Assembly: GCF_036588685.1 (NCBI RefSeq)
Contig: NC_086377.1
Span: forward strand, 58,838,001 to 58,902,000
Direction of reading: 5' to 3'
Length of the DNA stretch: 64,000 nucleotides
Source of the DNA: Mytilus trossulus
Lineage: Eukaryota
In this document: positions 63,519 through 64,000 of the stretch, piece after piece
Numbering within the stretch: position 1 is the stretch's first letter
Layout: the number at the start of each line of letters is the position of its first letter
The notes under the pieces: generated by a model
Database searches by the model: none
Told to the model about the DNA's origin: nothing
Seen by the model: only the letters and a program-made list of their open reading frames with translations
Program-made: the position numbers and the translations under genes

Positions 63519-64000
63519 TAAAATTTGTCTTCTTTGATCAATTAATCATATAATGTAAACGTGACTCTGAACTGTTATATTTAACTGTTTTATTATTGTT
63601 ACAAAATATTATATTTAACCAGTTATATATTTGATTTGTTTTGATTACTTTGATAAGAGTTGAACACTTTTGTGTTATATTGATATGTTGGAACAAATCA
63701 TTTAGTAAACATTTAGGAGGTGATTCTGTAAATAATATTTATTCTTTAAACTCATTAACGGTGAAATAAAAAATCGATTATTTCTTAACAAATATTTTGT
63801 ATTTGATGTTTTATAAAGAAATAGTCTCAATACTCAGGCCTGGCGTCTTTAAACGTATCTTTTCATTTTAAGCATGACTTGTAGTAATGCCAACATTATG
63901 TAAACTCATTGTTAGGTAATGATGTATATTATGATATCATGGATATTTCTTACTTAGTTTGGTAAATAATCCTTCATAAGCTACTGCAGCCTTATATGAT

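Noticed and set aside
63283-63541. ORFs spanning the N run
   Set aside because: Artefacts of the assembly gap.

Overview
AT-rich, intron-containing animal DNA, most likely a mytilid mussel (inferred from the ~350-nt hammerhead 'retrozyme' repeats and the bivalve-type repeat landscape). Gene A (484-7697, +, 5' end outside the window) is built from phase-1 exons, each encoding a Thr/Ser/Gly linker plus a 6-Cys antistasin-like module. The core of the window is a tandem pair of NLR-like STAND-NTPase genes. Gene B (14781-32332, 9 coding exons, ~2501 aa, intact) encodes DZIP3-type HEPN - coiled coil - CARD - CARD - basic micro-exon - nSTAND3-type NTPase - 17 copies of a 91-aa repeat that I cannot assign to LRR/ANK/TPR/WD40 and that appears to derive from the NTPase's own C-terminal helical subdomain. 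Gene C (49528-62210) has no visible HEPN exons, carries 14 repeats and has four frameshifts. An intron of gene C holds a 5'-truncated Naiad-type Penelope-like element with an in-frame TGA at a normally-Cys position and a form-2 SECIS-like hairpin (candidate selenoprotein-encoding retroelement). Also present: several type I hammerhead ribozymes, MITEs, Helentron-like elements, tRNA-derived SINEs, a decayed C2H2 zinc-finger array and a 159-nt assembly gap. All gene models and domain calls are by eye, without database searches.
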